From positions 62,001 through 126,000 of IMG/VR virus record IMGVR_UViG_3300042317_001568: a stretch of DNA of 64,000 bases; one strand, written 5' to 3'. This document shows, one piece after another, positions 60,150 to 64,000 of the stretch (its first letter is position 1; each line of letters begins with the position of its first letter). Position numbers and translations under genes: made by a program. The notes under the pieces were generated by a model. The model was not told where the DNA came from. It worked only from the letters and a program-made list of their open reading frames with translations, and ran no database searches.

Positions 60150-60367
60150 TGGCCTTTCAAGGAAAGAAAGGCGACCGTGTTCGCCTTGTGTTTATGCCCG
60201 ATGATCCCGACCCAATTCCTGAGGGAACCGAAGGTACGGTCGAGGGTGTTGTTGACATAGATTGGGGGCAAGACAAAAAGAAACAAGTATACGTGCGGTG
60301 GGACAACGGGCGCACATTGTCGTGCGTTTGCCCACCGGACTTTCTTGAAATTTTGCCGCTCGTCTAA
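60149..60367 (+). CDS. DUF4314-like protein
   Basis: GDRVRLVFM.DDP.PIP.GT.GTV..V....V.VRWDNG.TL. Confidence 0.7.
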   Translation: MAFQGKKGDRVRLVFMPDDPDPIPEGTEGTVEGVVDIDWGQDKKKQVYVRWDNGRTLSCVCPPDFLEILPLV

Positions 60368-62383
60368 TCACGGCATGTTAAAAAAGCGATCGTCCATATC
60401 GGCTGAATCCCAATCCGCCTGCTGACCCTCCACCGACCGCTGCGCCATTCGGGTCAAACCCGCTAATTGCGCAAAGTTCGGCCACGAATCGGTTATGTGC
60501 CATGCCGCGGCAGCGCCAATATTTACAGCCTGCGCAAAGTCGTCGGTAAGTAACGTATTGCGCGTAATCGTGTAGATGTCACTCCCGAGGCGCGAATCGG
60601 TCTTATTTTCAACGAGCGCCAGAAAGTCAGAGACAAGACCCGGCGAATCCTGAGACGACCAGTCATATTGGAAGAAGCGTATTTGCTTCAGTTTGATCGC
60701 TTGGCACGTGTACAGCAATGAACGTGTTTTATCTAGACTGTAGTGAGCGCGGTGATTGATTGGCGTAGGCGGTTTGTACACAAGTAGGTCTTGAGCAGCA
60801 GACCTAACAAGCCGCACGGCCAATACGCGATCGAGGTTGAAACCGGCTTGCACCATAACGGTTTCGCGCACGGTTCCGGCACCCGTGTAGTCGTGAGCAA
60901 CAAAATCGCAGTTGAAGTGACTCGACCACCTCATGCACTCAACAGCCTCAGCAAGATGATCGCCACCGATAAGCAATCTTTTCGCCCACAACACGTCGAT
61001 AGTGCCGTCATGTCTGAACCCGAGAACGGCAAGTACGGTGAAGCTAATGCCTTCTTCACCGCCACCGCCCCAGTCGATTGCCAGTATTCTATGTCGGTAA
61101 TGCTCAAGATTTGCCGTACATTCTGGCAAGGGTTCTTTTTTGTTTTCCCACGGTAACAAGCACGCGGCTTTTAGCTCTGTCTCGCTGATAAGCTTTTGCC
61201 CTGTGTCGACGCTCTCGCCCATGACTTCGTTGTAGAACTGGGCCTGCGTCATGTTGCCATAACCTTCACGCTTCAAAAGCAGTGTAGCCCATTTCTCTGC
61301 GTCGGAAAAATGAAGCGGCAGGATCATCTGCGGAACATGATATCCAGCAAAGCGCCATCGGCGTTCTGGAAATCTGTGCACCCAACGACCATGCCGTGGA
61401 GTAATAGCTTTCCGACATTTCGCACACACTGTGCCCGGCTGCTTTTCGCTAATGTGAATGTTATATTCGCCTATCATCGCGTCGAGATCGTATTCCAACG
61501 ACGGGATGTTCCACTTACCGCAAGAGAGGCATGGAATAAACCATTCGGCCTGCGACGAACGCTTATACAGGCCATAAATTAAATTGTCGAGCGTCTTCGG
61601 GGTCCCGGTGTAGTACATAGTCCCCCATTTGGAGTACGACATAGTTTCCTGAATAATAGGAATATGGTCGGGGTCCATGTCCTGCACTTCGTCGATGCAC
61701 ACCCGGTCCGCGGAGACACCACGAACACGATCTGAGTCCATCAGCGCGAAACTGAACAACATCATCGAATTGTTCTTGAACGAACGCTGAAGCACTGAGT
61801 TCTCTGTGCTCGTGCCTGACCACAGCGCCTTCACAGGCGACTGGTCAATAAAAGGTCGAACATAGTTGTTGCTGAACCGCCGTATCTGTTCGTACAGCGG
61901 AGTGACAAATAACGTTTTGAAAAACGGCACCGAGTTGGCAAACACAACTCCGTGTGCTGCAAGCGATGTGGATTTCGATACCTGCCTCCCCGTGCACCAG
62001 ACCTGATTTTTCGGCATAAGGCAACGAAAAAGTGGGCTGAACGGGTAATGATTAGTTAAACCATACGGTTTGCCGTTAAGGTTTAGAACTAATGGGAGTA
62101 TCGGTTCCAACGACGGAAACGCGCGATTCTTTGCCAGAGCCTGTAGAACAGCAGATCGCTCCAGCACTGATTTGCGGTCAGTGAGGTCGATTGACAGCAA
62201 GTCTTGTAGCAGCGTCTGAACTCCAGCGTTTGGAATTTCAGCGGCTGCGTATTCCTGCGGGGATTGATCCCGCTTAATTTCTGGTGACATATGCGCAATA
62301 ATACTCGAAAAAGTTCGCCACGTCGCCGTTATCCAGCCAGCAGTCCCAAACCAGAACTGCAATGGCTTGAAGACGGAGTCCAC
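60368..62383 (-). CDS. terL: Terminase large subunit (gpA-like)
   Basis: Walker A GRQVSKST; Walker B VCIDEVQD; GTPK; Zn ribbon CLSC...CAKC; nuclease LAIDWG...DD; start may be ATG 62290. Confidence 0.85.
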   Translation of the reverse strand: MDSVFKPLQFWFGTAGWITATWRTFSSIIAHMSPEIKRDQSPQEYAAAEIPNAGVQTLLQDLLSIDLTDRKSVLERSAVLQALAKNRAFPSLEPILPLVLNLNGKPYGLTNHYPFSPLFRCLMPKNQVWCTGRQVSKSTSLAAHGVVFANSVPFFKTLFVTPLYEQIRRFSNNYVRPFIDQSPVKALWSGTSTENSVLQRSFKNNSMMLFSFALMDSDRVRGVSADRVCIDEVQDMDPDHIPIIQETMSYSKWGTMYYTGTPKTLDNLIYGLYKRSSQAEWFIPCLSCGKWNIPSLEYDLDAMIGEYNIHISEKQPGTVCAKCRKAITPRHGRWVHRFPERRWRFAGYHVPQMILPLHFSDAEKWATLLLKREGYGNMTQAQFYNEVMGESVDTGQKLISETELKAACLLPWENKKEPLPECTANLEHYRHRILAIDWGGGGEEGISFTVLAVLGFRHDGTIDVLWAKRLLIGGDHLAEAVECMRWSSHFNCDFVAHDYTGAGTVRETVMVQAGFNLDRVLAVRLVRSAAQDLLVYKPPTPINHRAHYSLDKTRSLLYTCQAIKLKQIRFFQYDWSSQDSPGLVSDFLALVENKTDSRLGSDIYTITRNTLLTDDFAQAVNIGAAAAWHITDSWPNFAQLAGLTRMAQRSVEGQQADWDSADMDDRFFNMP

Positions 62384-62538
62384 ACGTTCATGAAAACTGT
62401 CGCCAACTGCTTGTACAACACAGGCATGGCGGCAGCGGACGCAGTGGATCGCTTTTCAAAGCAACGCCCGACGCGGCGATAGGTATTATTCTTGCAAACA
62501 AGTATACTGAGCAGTAGCTTGTTTACAAGGAGCGAGAT

Positions 62539-62772
62539 ATGCCACAAATCGGCAAAAGCGGAAAATTGTATCAAGAGCGCCGCCAACCGCAGTTTCAATC
62601 TACGCTGCGCGGTCCCGGCCCGCAAATTTACTTGGCAGACAACGCCGTGCACGATTTGCCGCTTGAGCCGCCGTATCCCTTTCCACAATACCAACGCCAG
62701 CAAAACGGCGACCCAGTGCCTGACGCTGGTCGTACGCAAGCGTGGCCGCACGGAGATCAATACGCCCCCTGA
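62539..62772 (+). CDS. Hypothetical Pro/Gln-rich protein
   Basis: AAGGAG RBS; upstream GTATACT motif. Confidence 0.5.
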   Translation: MPQIGKSGKLYQERRQPQFQSTLRGPGPQIYLADNAVHDLPLEPPYPFPQYQRQQNGDPVPDAGRTQAWPHGDQYAP

Positions 62773-62942
62773 TGGACAACGACGTCAACAAAACGTTCAC
62801 CTTACTTGCCGGAGGTTTAATTGCGGCAAATTTGCTCTTGCCGGCTAGCGCCGGATTTGGCATCATAACCACAGGCTTTGCGCTTTATTTCATGCTGCGC
62901 GCAACAAATGCAATTAGGCGCAGCGAACTGCGACGAGAATAA
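62772..62942 (+). CDS. Small membrane protein (2 predicted TM segments, basic tail; holin-like)
   Basis: Two hydrophobic segments; TGATG coupling with the previous gene. Confidence 0.45.
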   Translation: MDNDVNKTFTLLAGGLIAANLLLPASAGFGIITTGFALYFMLRATNAIRRSELRRE

Positions 62943-62944
62943 GC

Positions 62945-63292
62945 ATGTGGTCTTGGCTCGACTTTCTCGCGGTAATCTTTGCCGCCGGCGCCATCATTGA
63001 AGTGTGGCACAAGGGCACCATCTTTGCCACTGCGCGTGCCTACGTGCAGGCTTGGCAAGATAGCGTCGACTCCGAAAGCTTTCGGGGAAGACTTTTCGAA
63101 CTACTGACGTGCCCGTTCTGCCAGAGCTATCACGTACCGTTTTACCTGTTTTTGCTGCTCTGGCTGAGCACAGGAGTCGGGTCGCTTGCGGAGAACTTGA
63201 TGCGAGCTATAGTGTACGGACTAGCGGCTACCAGAATTGGTAACGTGTTGAATAGCGTACTTCCACCCACAGCAAAGTATAAGGACATATGA
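62945..63292 (+). CDS. DUF1360-like membrane protein
   Basis: ELLTCPFCQSYHV flanked by hydrophobic segments. Confidence 0.65.
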   Translation: MWSWLDFLAVIFAAGAIIEVWHKGTIFATARAYVQAWQDSVDSESFRGRLFELLTCPFCQSYHVPFYLFLLLWLSTGVGSLAENLMRAIVYGLAATRIGNVLNSVLPPTAKYKDI

Positions 63293-63678
63293 CCACAGAA
63301 CCAGAAGAAAATCAGGCCGTTGCTGAACCAACACGCCTGCCATACGACGCAGAATTTGTTAAACACACTGAAGAGTTTATCGCAAAATCTATGCAGTCTA
63401 TTCCAGAGCTGCAAGGCGTTGCGATCGTTCCGCTATGGGCGCGACAGCCAGAAAATTTCCCGCCCGGATTTCTCAAGCTTCGGTCGCAGAACAGCCTGTA
63501 TGTCCAAGAACTATTAAAACTGATTAGTTTGTTCACCGCCTTCAGTGTCGAGGCGCACAAAGATTTTATGGGTCAAGTGCAGATACTTGACAACTATGTC
63601 CGAGAACGGCAGAACAAACTGAACGAAATACAGGGCGCCATCAATGCTGCAGGAAACACCGCCAGTTCACCGGAATAA
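63289..63678 (+). CDS. Hypothetical protein
   Basis: AAGGA RBS; ATGA overlap. Confidence 0.55.
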   Translation: MTTEPEENQAVAEPTRLPYDAEFVKHTEEFIAKSMQSIPELQGVAIVPLWARQPENFPPGFLKLRSQNSLYVQELLKLISLFTAFSVEAHKDFMGQVQILDNYVRERQNKLNEIQGAINAAGNTASSPE

Positions 63679-63964
63679 TTTTGTAGACGTCAAGCTCGAT
63701 TCAGGAGCTGACGCAAATGACGTACTTGTAAAAATACTAGAAGCGCAGTACGCCGAAAAAGAGCCTAACGACTTGCGTACGGCGCTCGAACGTTTCGGTA
63801 AGACGTGGGACAACGCCGAATTACTCGCCGATTTTGAGGTAGAGTTTTTTGACCCGCCGTACGTACGAGTAATTCAAACCAACACTGGTGTACGCGGCAC
63901 AGTGCTGTTCGTCAGTAATCCGCGCGTATATTTCTATTTTTGCGCAAATACTTCGGCGGCGTAA
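63644..63964 (+). CDS. Hypothetical protein
   Basis: 106-aa ORF. Confidence 0.5.
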   Translation: MLQETPPVHRNNFVDVKLDSGADANDVLVKILEAQYAEKEPNDLRTALERFGKTWDNAELLADFEVEFFDPPYVRVIQTNTGVRGTVLFVSNPRVYFYFCANTSAA

Positions 63965-64000
63965 GCATGGACAACAAAAAACACTACGACACTGGCGCCG

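Noticed and set aside
62291-62482. 63-aa + strand ORF head-to-head with the terminase gene
   Set aside because: No RBS, and it conflicts with the possible terminase start region; it cannot be supported.
1-64000. Stop-codon reassignment
   Set aside because: Genes are intact and densely packed under the standard code, all three stops are used at gene junctions, and no suppressor tRNA is seen.
63967-64000. Truncated ORF MDNKKHYDTGA, reminiscent of dATP/dGTP diphosphohydrolase N-termini
   Set aside because: Only 11 codons are visible, which is insufficient.

Overview
This window is part of a large (jumbo-type) myovirus genome and is almost entirely + strand. Positions 1-4.6 kb hold head genes (decoration protein, major capsid, neck). 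Positions 8.4-48.8 kb hold neck and tail genes: sheath, tube, hub/spike, tail chaperones with a probable -1 frameshift, tape measure, baseplate, a Cys-rich paralogous tail protein family and a 1992-aa repeat/collagen fibre. A sigma-70-family sigma factor sits inside the baseplate cluster. Positions 49-64 kb hold regulatory and accessory genes (CsrA, a stand-alone RpoA C-terminal domain, tRNA-Thr(UGU), GNAT, a pyrimidine-dimer glycosylase-like protein, a primase-like protein) and a gpA-type large terminase. The RpoA-CTD and CsrA suggest a Planctomycetota host (inference). Three non-coding signals stand out. (1) A ~450-600 nt, extensively base-paired RNA follows an AAA+/vWA gene pair. (2) Three self-contained cassettes each start with CTAAAT-N17-CATATT and end in a hairpin followed by TTAGCTAT. 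(3) Four CsrA-type ANGGAG-hexaloop hairpins with different stems cover Shine-Dalgarno sites, three of them on major virion genes, in a phage that encodes its own CsrA. All calls come from motif reading and gene order; no searches were run.
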